Source: Bacteriovoracaceae bacterium
Lineage (GTDB): Bacteria; Bdellovibrionota; Bacteriovoracia; Bacteriovoracales; Bacteriovoracaceae
Assembly (NCBI GenBank): GCA_049599895.1
Contig: JBMYPC010000003.1
Location: 1-49,090 of the forward strand
Length of the DNA stretch: 49,090 bases
Direction of reading: 5' to 3'
Shown: positions 27,252 to 37,102 of the stretch, in pieces
How the letters are laid out: each line of letters begins with the position of its first letter
Numbering within the stretch: the first letter of the stretch is position 1
Notes under the pieces: model-generated
Databases searched by the model: none
Told to the model about the DNA's origin: nothing
The model's input: the letters and a program-made list of their open reading frames with translations, nothing else
Program-made: the position numbers and the translations under genes

Positions 27252-28148
27252 TCAGTAATGCTTCATCTCAATCACAACCGAGCCCGCTAATAATATCAAG
27301 GCCCCTGTGACTTGATAAACATCTAAAGTTGCACCTAAAACAATCCAGTTGAGAACAACCGCAAAAAAGGGAAAAAACATTTCAATTAAAGTACAAAGCT
27401 TAGCGGATATTTCTTTTAGGCCTTGATAATAAAACCACATTCCCATAAGGCCAGAGAGAACAACCATCAAAATGATCTTTGGACCAAAAGTAAAAGCAAA
27501 CTCCACATCATAGCTTGAAGCGCAAAGAGGAATAAGACCGATGAAGGCCGCAAAGAATCTTCCCATCATGACTTCTGGGACACTGAATCCTGAAGAAGTG
27601 AGCTTTTTACCAAAAACAGTGGCTGCTCCCCAACAAAAGACCGCAACAAATGTAAAAAGATAACCCCAGAATGCCTCGTCTTGAAATAGTCCTGAAAGGG
27701 CGCCATCGCTTTCAAGATACGCCATAATGTCTTTAGAACTAATCAATAAACCGCCTATAAAACAAAGTCCCGCCCATCTTAAAAATGGTCCTTCGATTTT
27801 TTCCTTAAGAACAACTCGGGCCAAGACAATAGCGACAATAGGCTGAAACTTTTGAAGAATTATCACTAGTGAAGGATTGATTGAGCCCATAGCCGATGTA
27901 AAGGCCAACGTTCCAATCCCTGATGCTAAAAAACCAACCACAAAGAAATAGAAAATTTCCGTTAAAGTAAGCTGAAAGATTTTTTTAAATGATTTAAAGA
28001 GAAAAGGCATAAAGAAAAGACATAAAAAGAAATGCTCTGTTAAAACAATATGAAGAGCGGAAGCCCCTTCTCCCAACAAAGGATAACGAATCAAAGTATC
28101 AAGGGCCCAAAGAAAACAAGCCCCAAGAACAAAAACTATTCCCTTCAC
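27252..28148 (-). CDS. DMT/EamA family transporter
   Basis: About 10 TM segments in two EamA repeats; LQKFQPIVAIVLA..LKE. Confidence 0.9.
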   Translation of the reverse strand: MKGIVFVLGACFLWALDTLIRYPLLGEGASALHIVLTEHFFLCLFFMPFLFKSFKKIFQLTLTEIFYFFVVGFLASGIGTLAFTSAMGSINPSLVIILQKFQPIVAIVLARVVLKEKIEGPFLRWAGLCFIGGLLISSKDIMAYLESDGALSGLFQDEAFWGYLFTFVAVFCWGAATVFGKKLTSSGFSVPEVMMGRFFAAFIGLIPLCASSYDVEFAFTFGPKIILMVVLSGLMGMWFYYQGLKEISAKLCTLIEMFFPFFAVVLNWIVLGATLDVYQVTGALILLAGSVVIEMKHY

Positions 28149-28157
28149 TTATTTCTC

Positions 28158-29552
28158 CTAGGGAGCTTCATAAAATCCTTCAAATGAGTTTCTCGCGCGC
28201 TCTACAATAAGCTGTTTTTTTATTTTCTTTCTCTCTGAACGCTTAAGCCCTTTGCGTTTAGGTACCTGAATTTCAGGAAATAACCCAAAGTTTACATTAC
28301 TAGGAACAGGTTTAGGAGCGGTCATAAGATAATTCACAATTGAGCCAATCGCTGTCTCTGTTGGAAACTCGAGAGGTTCTTTCGATTTGAGTTTTCTTAG
28401 AATTTGATAAGCAACATAAAGACCACAAGTGGCACTCTCTGTATAACCCTCAACACCCGTCACCTGACCCGCAAAATGAAGTCTTGGTTCAGCTTTTGAT
28501 GAAAGATCAAAATTTAAAAGCTTTGAGCTGTGAATAAATGTATTTCGATGGACACTTCCAAGATGAATAAACTGCGCCTCTTCCATTCCTGGAATCATAC
28601 GAAAGATTCGAACCTGCTCTTTATAGGTCAGTCTATTTTGAAAGCCCACCATATTGTATGCAGAACCTAGAAGGTTCTCTTTTCTCAGCTGAATCACAGC
28701 ATGAGGGATTTCACCGGATGGGAGCTCAAGGCCTATGGGCTTCAAAGGACCAAATCTTAGAGTATCAACTCCTCTTTCCGCCATAATATCGATGGGAAGG
28801 CAACTCTCAAAAAATTGAAGTTTTTCAAATTTAGCCGGGGGAACTTTTTCAGCTTCGACAACAGCTTGAACTAAAGCCTCGTATTGTTCCTTACTCAAAG
28901 GGGCATTGAGATAATCAGGCAAAACCTCTGGACTATCTTGATCTTCTTCATTTTTTGGAACTTCTTTGTGGCGGTCTTTAAAATAGAGCTTAGAATAATC
29001 GAGACTATCCGCGTCAACAATGGGCGCAATTGCGTCATAAAAATAGAGATCTGTTCCGGACTGGAAATCAAAAAGCCATTTCTCAAGGGCTTCGGTAGTC
29101 AGCGGCCCCGTTGCCATAAGAATAAAGTGGCAGCCAAGCTCGTTAGCAAGTTTAATAGGATCTTCTGCTTCTTTATGATGAATATTGATTAAGGGATGAT
29201 TTGAGAGTTTCTCTGTAATAAGCCTTGAAAATTCCTCTCGGTCAACCGCCAGAGCGTCTCCTGCTGGAACTTTACAATGACTTGCACATTCTAGGACAAC
29301 AGAGCCAAAGGCCTTCATCTCTTCTTTGAGAAGACCATGGGAGGAGTGGGGATTCATAGATTTAAGTGAATTCGTGCATACTAACTCAGCAAAGTTTTTG
29401 GACTTTTGAGCTGGACCTAAACAAACTTGTTTACACTCCACGAGTTCAACAGAAATTCCATTTTTGGCCAGGAAATAGGCAGCTTCGGATCCTGCAAGAC
29501 CGGCTCCTATAACACAAACTTTTTGGGATAAAGATTGAGTATTGTCAGACAT
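28158..29552 (-). CDS. trmFO: tRNA (uracil-5)-methyltransferase TrmFO
   Basis: GAGLAGSEAA, AELVCTNSL, FYDAIAPIV, AGQVTGVEGY. Confidence 0.96.
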   Translation of the reverse strand: MSDNTQSLSQKVCVIGAGLAGSEAAYFLAKNGISVELVECKQVCLGPAQKSKNFAELVCTNSLKSMNPHSSHGLLKEEMKAFGSVVLECASHCKVPAGDALAVDREEFSRLITEKLSNHPLINIHHKEAEDPIKLANELGCHFILMATGPLTTEALEKWLFDFQSGTDLYFYDAIAPIVDADSLDYSKLYFKDRHKEVPKNEEDQDSPEVLPDYLNAPLSKEQYEALVQAVVEAEKVPPAKFEKLQFFESCLPIDIMAERGVDTLRFGPLKPIGLELPSGEIPHAVIQLRKENLLGSAYNMVGFQNRLTYKEQVRIFRMIPGMEEAQFIHLGSVHRNTFIHSSKLLNFDLSSKAEPRLHFAGQVTGVEGYTESATCGLYVAYQILRKLKSKEPLEFPTETAIGSIVNYLMTAPKPVPSNVNFGLFPEIQVPKRKGLKRSERKKIKKQLIVERARNSFEGFYEAP

Positions 29553-29646
29553 GTTTTTTATTCCACCCTCTTCAAGAATATGCTATGAATTCTTCATCTT
29601 TAAGTTATTTTGCTTAAGGATATTGTTTACCTAGAAAAAGGGCAGC

Positions 29647-31398
29647 ATGCAAATTTTCTTACATCAAACTGGACATACTATTGCTGATTTTGACTCAATT
29701 TTTGAGAATGTCTGCCAATGCCTAAAAGATAGTGAAAATCCTGGAATTCACGTGTTTCCAGAGCTCTTTTTGACAGGTTACCCATTACAAGACCTCTGCC
29801 TACAAAAATCTTTTATCAATCCCTATCTGAAGCTTCTCGATGACATCAATAATTTTTCAAAAAAGCTTAGTTTTGATGGAGACAGCCTCTTCTTGTTTGG
29901 AGGCTTAACTTATAAATTTGACACCAACGGACTTCCAACAAGCATTAAAAACTCAGTCTTTAAGCTTTTCCCTGGAAAAGAGCTAGAGCCGATCTATCAC
30001 AAGATCCTACTTCCCAATTATGATATCTTTGATGAAAAGAAGTACTTTAAGCCAGGTGGATCCGTCACTGTACTCCCCTACAAAAACCGAAACTTTGCGA
30101 TTCAGATCTGCGAGGATATGTGGCCAAGCTCAGGACATCCTCATAATCCTCTTGAAATGCTCATTGAGGTTGGCACTCCCATCGATGCTCTCATCAATCT
30201 TTCCGCAAGTCCCTATGATTACCATAAACCTCAAGCCAGGATTGACCGGGCCAAAGAAATCACTGAAACTCTTCGCTGTCCCATGTACTACGTAAATAAA
30301 GTTGGAAGTGAAGATGAGGTGATATTTGATGGAGGAAGCTTCTCTTTTCATGAAGGAAAAATTCAAAAGCTTGGTAAAAGATTTGAAACTGACATTATCC
30401 AATGTGAACTCGCTGATGCTCAAAAGCCCTTTTCTCCTGTTTTATCTGGAGTCATCAATAATACCTGGGAGAAACTCTATTCAGCGAACATTGAACAAGA
30501 GTCCAAGGAAGTACTGCCGAAACTGAAAGAACTCTCAGATGATGAATGTGAGGAAATTTTAGAGGCCATTAGTTTTGGAATTGAACAGTATGCAAGAAAA
30601 TGTGGTTTCAAAAAACTTCTGGTCGCCCTCTCTGGAGGAATTGATTCAACTTTAGTTCTCACAATCATTTCTTTATTTTTAAAAGATAAATTTGAAATCC
30701 AAACTATTTATATGCCAGGACTTTTCTCAAGGTCTATGAGCTACGATTTATCTGATAAACTCTGCGATAATCTTAAGCTTCGTTTAAAAGTTCAAGGGAT
30801 TAAATTCCTTCACTCAGCAACCCGAAACCTCTATCGAGAGACCTTTAATGAGTCCATTGAAGGAACTGTTGCCGATGAAAACATTCAAAGTCGACTCCGA
30901 GGTGCGCTTCTCTATCTCCATGCCAATAAGATTGGTGCTATGGTCTTAAATACTTCCAATAAATCAGAAATTGCCGTTGGCTACTCCACTCAATATGGAG
31001 ACAGTGTCGGAGCGATAAGCCCTTTGGGAGATCTTTATAAATCTGAAGTTTTTAAGCTCTGTCGCTACATTAATAAAAAATATGGAGAGATTATCCCTGT
31101 CGAAATTATTGAAAGGCCTCCCAGTGCAGAACTTCGAGAAGATCAAGTAGACTCTGAAAGTCTTCCTGATTATGAAAGACTCGATCCGATACTTGAATGC
31201 TTCCTTTCCAATCGCTACGATGCAAATGCCATCGCAAATCTTGGTTTTGATCCCAAAGAAATCAAAAGGGCCCAAGACCTTCTCTTTCAATCTGAGTTTA
31301 AGCGTTCACAATTTTGCCCAATTCTCAAACTCAAGCCCAAAAGCTTTGGCTTTGGTCACCGAGTTCCAATATCAAAATATTATTTTCACCAACAATAA
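29647..31398 (+). CDS. nadE: Glutamine-dependent NAD+ synthetase
   Basis: Nitrilase triad FPEL / HK.LLPNY / ICEDMW; SGGIDS, ENIQSRLRG, TSNKSE, PSAELR. Confidence 0.95.
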   Translation: MQIFLHQTGHTIADFDSIFENVCQCLKDSENPGIHVFPELFLTGYPLQDLCLQKSFINPYLKLLDDINNFSKKLSFDGDSLFLFGGLTYKFDTNGLPTSIKNSVFKLFPGKELEPIYHKILLPNYDIFDEKKYFKPGGSVTVLPYKNRNFAIQICEDMWPSSGHPHNPLEMLIEVGTPIDALINLSASPYDYHKPQARIDRAKEITETLRCPMYYVNKVGSEDEVIFDGGSFSFHEGKIQKLGKRFETDIIQCELADAQKPFSPVLSGVINNTWEKLYSANIEQESKEVLPKLKELSDDECEEILEAISFGIEQYARKCGFKKLLVALSGGIDSTLVLTIISLFLKDKFEIQTIYMPGLFSRSMSYDLSDKLCDNLKLRLKVQGIKFLHSATRNLYRETFNESIEGTVADENIQSRLRGALLYLHANKIGAMVLNTSNKSEIAVGYSTQYGDSVGAISPLGDLYKSEVFKLCRYINKKYGEIIPVEIIERPPSAELREDQVDSESLPDYERLDPILECFLSNRYDANAIANLGFDPKEIKRAQDLLFQSEFKRSQFCPILKLKPKSFGFGHRVPISKYYFHQQ

Positions 31399-31408
31399 GG
31401 AGGACTCT

Positions 31409-31993
31409 ATGTCACTTAAATTTGAAAAATTTCTAAAGTCTTGGAGTGATGTAAAAGAAGAACTCACTTCTACAATTAAAAACGCCAAATGGGATGAAAT
31501 TCAAAACAGTCTCACTACTTTCGTCGATAAAGCTGAAAAAGACTGTCAAAAGGTTATCGACAAGGACATTCCAAAGGCCCTCAAGAAGATTAAGTCAGAA
31601 AGAAAATCAATTGAGAAATCAGTTGAAAAAGCCGTGAAAGAGGAAATCAAAAAAGCCAAGAAATTCCTTAAAGAACACAAAAAAGAACTTGATGAGCTTC
31701 AAAAATCAATTGAAGGTTTTGTTAAGGAAGCGAAAAAGAGTGCTCAAGACGGCGTAGAGACAGCGAGAAAAACAGTAACAAAGAAAGCGACTAAGAAAAC
31801 CACAAAGAAAAAAGCAACTAAAAAGAAAGCCGCCAAGAAAACGACTAAAAAAGTGGCTAAGAAAACCACAAAAAAGAAAGTGGCTAAAAAAACCACTAAA
31901 AAGGCAGCTAAGAAAACAACAAAAAAGAAAGTGGCTAAAAAAACGACTAAAAAAGCTGCTAAGAAAACAACAAGAAAAACAACGAAGAGATGA
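31409..31993 (+). CDS. Histone H1-like protein (helical N-domain + K/T/A repeats)
   Basis: AAGGAGG RBS before ATG 31409 (the longer ORF overlaps nadE); KKVAKKTTKKAAKKTT repeats. Confidence 0.85.
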   Translation: MSLKFEKFLKSWSDVKEELTSTIKNAKWDEIQNSLTTFVDKAEKDCQKVIDKDIPKALKKIKSERKSIEKSVEKAVKEEIKKAKKFLKEHKKELDELQKSIEGFVKEAKKSAQDGVETARKTVTKKATKKTTKKKATKKKAAKKTTKKVAKKTTKKKVAKKTTKKAAKKTTKKKVAKKTTKKAAKKTTRKTTKR

Positions 31994-31995
31994 TC

Positions 31996-33003
31996 TTAAG
32001 GGGCAGACTTTTTAGTCTGCTCTATCTTACTTTTATCTAGATCCATCACATCTGCTGCAAAACAAACTTTTCCGCGACCTGTGTTCTTGGCTTCATACAT
32101 AACCTTATCAGCAATCGCCAAAATTTGTTTCTTCTCTTTGGCATCCCGAGGAAACGATGCCACTCCAATTGAAACAGAAATGGAAAAGTTTTTACGTGAT
32201 TGAGAAGCATCATCAAAGCAGATGTAGTCATTCTCTTTAATGGTCCTGAGAATTCTCTGCCCTATTTTGATTGCCATTTCATCATCAACGTCACGAATAA
32301 TCGCCACAAACTCATCTCCACCATAGCGATAAACATAATCTGTTTCTCGTAAAAGGTTCTTTAGGATTTGCCCAACTTGAAGTAAAAGCTCTGTTCCAAT
32401 GAGATGGCCATGCCTATCGTTCACTTTTTTGAAATGATCGATGTCGATAAAATAGATATAAAATGGTTCTTCATAAAGATGATAATTCTTTATGCAATGA
32501 TCAAGATCAACTAAAAGCTTTCTTTGATTAAAAAGAGATGTGACATCATCTTTAAATATCAAATCCTCATATTTGTTGATTTTATGCCACTCTAAAGTAT
32601 TTCTAACAGTAAAATTGATATAGCGATTCAATAATTCAAAGAACTCGACTTCTTTCACTTGAGCTTTGGTGTTGATGACAACAATATAACAAGTTTTCTC
32701 GACAACGAACTTTCTGATAAAAACATCTTTTTCAAGAACATAATCCGTATCGTTTTTGGCGAGATTAAGAAATAACTCTTGATCAGGTTTTGAAAAAGCT
32801 TCCCACATTTTTCGATTGACATGAACTCTAAGATGGAATGATTTTTGCCCCTCTCCAGGGATTTCTAGCAATGAAAGACCTTCAAAAGATAAGCTTTTAG
32901 TACAAAAAATATTAAGATCGTTAAAGATGCTTTTCACATCTTTTATGATTTCGGAATCATAGGTATATTCCAAAAGTTTTGTCTTTGCGTCTTTTTCTTT
33001 CAA
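31996..33003 (-). CDS. Diguanylate cyclase (GGDEF)
   Basis: DIDHFKKVND..GHLIG, RETD I-site, RYGGDEF. Confidence 0.93.
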   Translation of the reverse strand: MKEKDAKTKLLEYTYDSEIIKDVKSIFNDLNIFCTKSLSFEGLSLLEIPGEGQKSFHLRVHVNRKMWEAFSKPDQELFLNLAKNDTDYVLEKDVFIRKFVVEKTCYIVVINTKAQVKEVEFFELLNRYINFTVRNTLEWHKINKYEDLIFKDDVTSLFNQRKLLVDLDHCIKNYHLYEEPFYIYFIDIDHFKKVNDRHGHLIGTELLLQVGQILKNLLRETDYVYRYGGDEFVAIIRDVDDEMAIKIGQRILRTIKENDYICFDDASQSRKNFSISVSIGVASFPRDAKEKKQILAIADKVMYEAKNTGRGKVCFAADVMDLDKSKIEQTKKSAP

Positions 33004-33012
33004 CTTTGCCCT

Positions 33013-34722
33013 TTAAAAATTCTCAATTTTTCCTTCTTCTATCGGAAGTTCTTCTTCAAGAATATGGATAGAGCTTCTCAGCGAACTAAGTGCCTTATCA
33101 AGTCTGGTTTCAAGCCTCAACTTTTCCTCTAAGTTTCTTTGTTCTCTTTGTGAGACACTTCTTACGTTAAACTCAAGAGAATCCACTCGTCTTTTTAACT
33201 CGATGATTTTTTCATCTCGAGCTTTAATTTGTGACTCCGAGTCCATCTTCATAAGTTCAAGCTGGTTTTCAAGCTCTCTTTCTCTATTTCGGACCTTCTC
33301 TACATCGATGGAAACTTTTTGTTGGGCCTTATCAAAGTCCCTTTGAAGCTTTTTAATTCTCTCTTCATAAAAAAGTTTCTTCTCTTCACTGAGTCTTAAT
33401 CGGTCCTTAAGCTCTTCTCTATCGTTGAGCTGTCTTTTTTTGTAAATACTGAGTTCAATCTTCATTTCATCAAGTTCAGACTTAAGTGTGAGATTTTCCT
33501 GTCTCAAAACCTCATTTTTATCTTCATAAAGATGAACCCTTTCATAAAGTTTTTGTCTTTCTTCTCGAAGTTCTCTTAGAGTTTTTTGCAACTCTAAAAG
33601 CTCTCTTTCATCTGAAATTCCTCCAAAGTTTAAAACCTCTGAGGACTCTGAAGAAGTGCTTTGGCTGAGAATATCTTGAGAATCGTCTTCAGGTTCTTCA
33701 TTCATTGAACCTGCTGACCCTCCAACTGTTATCCGAGTAGGGCTTTCCGTTGAAAAATCAACCTCTTCATCATTGTCATCGAGTTCATCACTGAGATTGA
33801 GTTCTTCATGAACTCCTGTTTTGTAAGGGAATTCAAACTGAGAGTTTTCTTCCTCAGATAAATTTGGAGTCTTATGGGCCTGAAGGTCTTCAACATTAGC
33901 AACGAGAGTCTGGTCAGGAAGATCTCCATCGCCTTCTGTAAGATCAAGGGCCACTCCACCTTCATCAGCTTCGCTATCAATCTCACTGGATTCATCAACA
34001 TCAGGTATTGAAAAAGAAAGTTCTCCACCATCTAAAACGTCATCTTCACTAGAATCTGTTGGCACCTCAATAACAAGGTCCAAGTCTTCACCAAGCTCGA
34101 GATCTTCAGCATCATCTTCGTTCGAAGCTTCAAGGTTTATTTCCTCACCTAAATCAGCATCACCTGATTCATCAAAATCAATATTAAGTTCATCCCCTTC
34201 ACCTGACTCTGACAAGTCTAAAGATTCACCTGCGGCCTCACTCAAATCAATTTCTAGCGAGTCTTCATCAAAGCCAATCTGAATCGAATCACTTGTTAAA
34301 TCACTTTCACTGGCCACCTTTTCGATTTCGGCCATATCAGGTTCATCAAGATCAATTTCAAGCTCATCCGATGCATCTTCAAGTTCAATCTCTTCACCAC
34401 TACTGAGGCTTGAGGCTTCTATTAATGGCCAAAGGTCTTCAAGGTCATCCGCATCCGAGTCTAGTGGAGTAAAAAATTCTTTGTCATACTTCTCTTGCCG
34501 AGAAGAAACTTTATCAAAATCTTCATCTCCAAAGAAAAATAAACAAGGCACTTCAAGGGATTCGTCATCGCCAATATAACCCAGAGGCAAACATATAAAG
34601 TCATAACTCGAGGTCTCAAGCGAGCGCCAGTGGGCTTCCCCTTTTGAAACTTCGATTTCAACTCCACGGGATTTGAAAAACTCTTCTACACTTTCAGGTA
34701 AATCTACTATTACACCCTTCAA
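33013..34722 (-). CDS. Acidic low-complexity + coiled-coil protein
   Basis: Long D/E-rich region followed by heptad-rich C-terminus; AGGAG RBS, TTG start. Confidence 0.8.
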   Translation of the reverse strand: MKGVIVDLPESVEEFFKSRGVEIEVSKGEAHWRSLETSSYDFICLPLGYIGDDESLEVPCLFFFGDEDFDKVSSRQEKYDKEFFTPLDSDADDLEDLWPLIEASSLSSGEEIELEDASDELEIDLDEPDMAEIEKVASESDLTSDSIQIGFDEDSLEIDLSEAAGESLDLSESGEGDELNIDFDESGDADLGEEINLEASNEDDAEDLELGEDLDLVIEVPTDSSEDDVLDGGELSFSIPDVDESSEIDSEADEGGVALDLTEGDGDLPDQTLVANVEDLQAHKTPNLSEEENSQFEFPYKTGVHEELNLSDELDDNDEEVDFSTESPTRITVGGSAGSMNEEPEDDSQDILSQSTSSESSEVLNFGGISDERELLELQKTLRELREERQKLYERVHLYEDKNEVLRQENLTLKSELDEMKIELSIYKKRQLNDREELKDRLRLSEEKKLFYEERIKKLQRDFDKAQQKVSIDVEKVRNRERELENQLELMKMDSESQIKARDEKIIELKRRVDSLEFNVRSVSQREQRNLEEKLRLETRLDKALSSLRSSIHILEEELPIEEGKIENF

Positions 34723-34911
34723 AGACGACTCCTTGTGTCCAATAACTCTATGATATCAATTAGAGGAATTTGAATAAAGTATGGAAAATACATTCCTCCC
34801 GAATACCTGACTCGCCAACTCCGACGTACATTGCTGACTTGCTCAAACATGCATTAACGGACTAAAATATTAGTGAAGAATTATTGCAATAGACACAGGG
34901 AATTAATTTTA

Positions 34912-35943
34912 ATGAAATTACTGATTTTAGGTCTCCTTCTTCTTTCTGGAACCAGCTTTGGAAACACATTCTACCCAAGTAACCTTCTCCAAATGGATAG
35001 CTACTTTACACATCATGTTCTTGTTGTTGAAAAGTCTACCCATAGACTCTTTCTCTACGAAAATGATCAAGGATATCCAAAGTTAGTTAAGTCCTATCAA
35101 ATTGCCACTGGTAAAAAAGCTGGCAACAAACTCATTCAAGGAGATTACAAGACTCCTGAAGGTGTTTATGAGTTTCTTGAATTCCTTCCTCATAAAACTC
35201 TCGTAAAGCGACATGGTGAACAAGGTAAGATCTATGGAGTTGGTGCTTTTGTTATGGATTACCCAAACCCCATTGATCGAATGAAAAATAAATCAGGTGG
35301 AGGTATTTGGCTTCATTCTACAAATGATGAAACTCGAATAGAAAAAGGTTTAGACTCTCGAGGTTGTGTTGTTGCCGGCAATAAAGATCTTATTGATCTC
35401 TCGCAATACATCGAACTTCATAAAACTCATATTGTTGTCGTCGATCAAAAAAATTATACAGACCAAAGCTCACATCAAACTCAAAAATTAAAGCTTGAAA
35501 AGTTCTTAGAAGAATGGCGAACTTCATGGGTGGACGAGAACTTTAGAAAATATATCTCTCATTATCATAATGAGCATTTTAGAGACCCTATCCGCGGTGA
35601 AATTCAGAGCTTCTCAAGCTATAAAAAGAGGATCTTTTCAATCCCAGGAAAGCCCGAAGTAAGGCTTACGAATATTGCGATGCTCCTTAGTGGCAATAGT
35701 GCCAAAGTAACATTCAAGCAGCATTATAAATCCAATACAATCAATGATGTTGGTCGAAAGGTTCTCTACCTCGTTAAGGATCAAAATTATAAATGGAAAA
35801 TCATCGAAGAAAGGTGGTCAAAACTCAAAGACCATGAAAACCAAGATGTTCCTCCTATCGCCTTTAGGCCATCAATGAGATTTTTTGATTCTTATGAAGT
35901 TGATAAGACTATTTTTAAGACCACTCAAAAATCAAACAACTAA
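34912..35943 (+). CDS. L,D-transpeptidase/carboxypeptidase (YkuD) with NTF2-like C-terminal domain, Csd6/Bd1075-like
   Basis: Signal peptide from ATG 34912; GD.KTPEGVY, GGGIWLH, SRGCV; FKQHYKS..GRKVLYL..WKII.E. Confidence 0.88.
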   Translation: MKLLILGLLLLSGTSFGNTFYPSNLLQMDSYFTHHVLVVEKSTHRLFLYENDQGYPKLVKSYQIATGKKAGNKLIQGDYKTPEGVYEFLEFLPHKTLVKRHGEQGKIYGVGAFVMDYPNPIDRMKNKSGGGIWLHSTNDETRIEKGLDSRGCVVAGNKDLIDLSQYIELHKTHIVVVDQKNYTDQSSHQTQKLKLEKFLEEWRTSWVDENFRKYISHYHNEHFRDPIRGEIQSFSSYKKRIFSIPGKPEVRLTNIAMLLSGNSAKVTFKQHYKSNTINDVGRKVLYLVKDQNYKWKIIEERWSKLKDHENQDVPPIAFRPSMRFFDSYEVDKTIFKTTQKSNN

Positions 35944-35974
35944 GCCTTTCGACTTATTTTACTAAAAGAAAGCT

Positions 35975-36718
35975 ATGGAAAATCTATTTGTTAAGAAAAA
36001 TTGCTCAGTGGTAGTTTATCCTGAAAAGGGAGTGCCACAGTTTTATAAGTTTAGACCTTTTAAGTTTAAGTTTTTTCTTTATTTTCTTCCTACTCTTTCA
36101 CTACTTTGTATCGTTGGCTTCATTTTCACAGGAATCTATTTCAAACAAATTCGAGAATATGCTCGTATGAAAGAACCTGAGATCTTCAACAAGCTTCGAA
36201 ATGAAAACGCTGGGCTTGAATCTAAAGTGGGAGAACTTGAAGAGCTTAACTCAAAGCTTCAATCAAAACTAGCAACAGGTTCAGGGGGAAAGTCAGAGGA
36301 AGGATTAAGCACACTCAGTCTTTTTCAAATTCCTCCAGGGTTACAAGATACTTCTTCAAGACCCGACTTCTCTATTCGTGAACAAAAACTCGTTAAAGAA
36401 AGCCGACAAGTGAAATTCATTTTTAATATTCACAATGAATCAAAATCAGGCGGAAAACTTGCTGGTCACTTTTTTGTTTTAATGAAAACTCCTACAGGAG
36501 TTTTACACTTTCCTGACAAAACGAATAGTGAACAGTTTCAACTCACCTTTAACGAGGGTGAATACTTTGCCACTTCTCGATTTCGTCCTGTTGTGGCCAC
36601 ATTTAACTATGACCCTTCAGATCTTGAAACAAACCGAAAAGTTCTATTTAAGATTATCATTTTCTCACGGACAGGGGACTTACTTTACAAGCGAACCCAG
36701 CCAATGTCCTTCGAATAA
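35975..36718 (+). CDS. TM + coiled-coil hypothetical protein (DUF6776-like organisation)
   Basis: One TM, heptads, beta-rich C-terminal domain; upstream of bactofilin. Confidence 0.75.
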   Translation: MENLFVKKNCSVVVYPEKGVPQFYKFRPFKFKFFLYFLPTLSLLCIVGFIFTGIYFKQIREYARMKEPEIFNKLRNENAGLESKVGELEELNSKLQSKLATGSGGKSEEGLSTLSLFQIPPGLQDTSSRPDFSIREQKLVKESRQVKFIFNIHNESKSGGKLAGHFFVLMKTPTGVLHFPDKTNSEQFQLTFNEGEYFATSRFRPVVATFNYDPSDLETNRKVLFKIIIFSRTGDLLYKRTQPMSFE

Positions 36719-36731
36719 AAAGAGTTAAGCT

Positions 36732-37091
36732 ATGGATTTAAAAGTTGAAGACGAAATCAATCTCAGAAAGCAAAACTTTAGCTTTTTGGGCCAAAATGAT
36801 AGCTTTGTTGGCGACCTCTCGTTAAACAATGAAACTTTTATCTGCTCTAAAGTTGATGGATCCATTAATTTGAAATCGACAAATCGACTTGTTATCGAAC
36901 CTTCAGGTCACATTCTGGGTAAAGTGAATTGCCATCTTCTTGAAATCTACGGGCAAATTGAAGGCGAGATTGTTGCCAATTCAAAAGTCATTCTCTACCC
37001 AAGTGCAGTTGTTAAGGGCAGCATCAAAACAAAAACCCTCGAAATTCACCCAGGGGCCATTCTCGAGGGTGACTCTCACACCATTCAATAG
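36732..37091 (+). CDS. Bactofilin (polymer-forming cytoskeletal protein)
   Basis: Repeated G-x-[IV] beta-helix pattern; SAVVKGSI..LEIHPGAILEG. Confidence 0.88.
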   Translation: MDLKVEDEINLRKQNFSFLGQNDSFVGDLSLNNETFICSKVDGSINLKSTNRLVIEPSGHILGKVNCHLLEIYGQIEGEIVANSKVILYPSAVVKGSIKTKTLEIHPGAILEGDSHTIQ

Positions 37092-37102
37092 CTATCATTT
37101 CT

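Noticed and set aside
31172..31408. N-terminal extension of the H1-like ORF
   Set aside because: Overlaps nadE; the strong SD supports ATG 31409
31770..31990. Tandem repeats as a CRISPR array
   Set aside because: Degenerate coding repeats with synonymous variation; no spacers or cas genes
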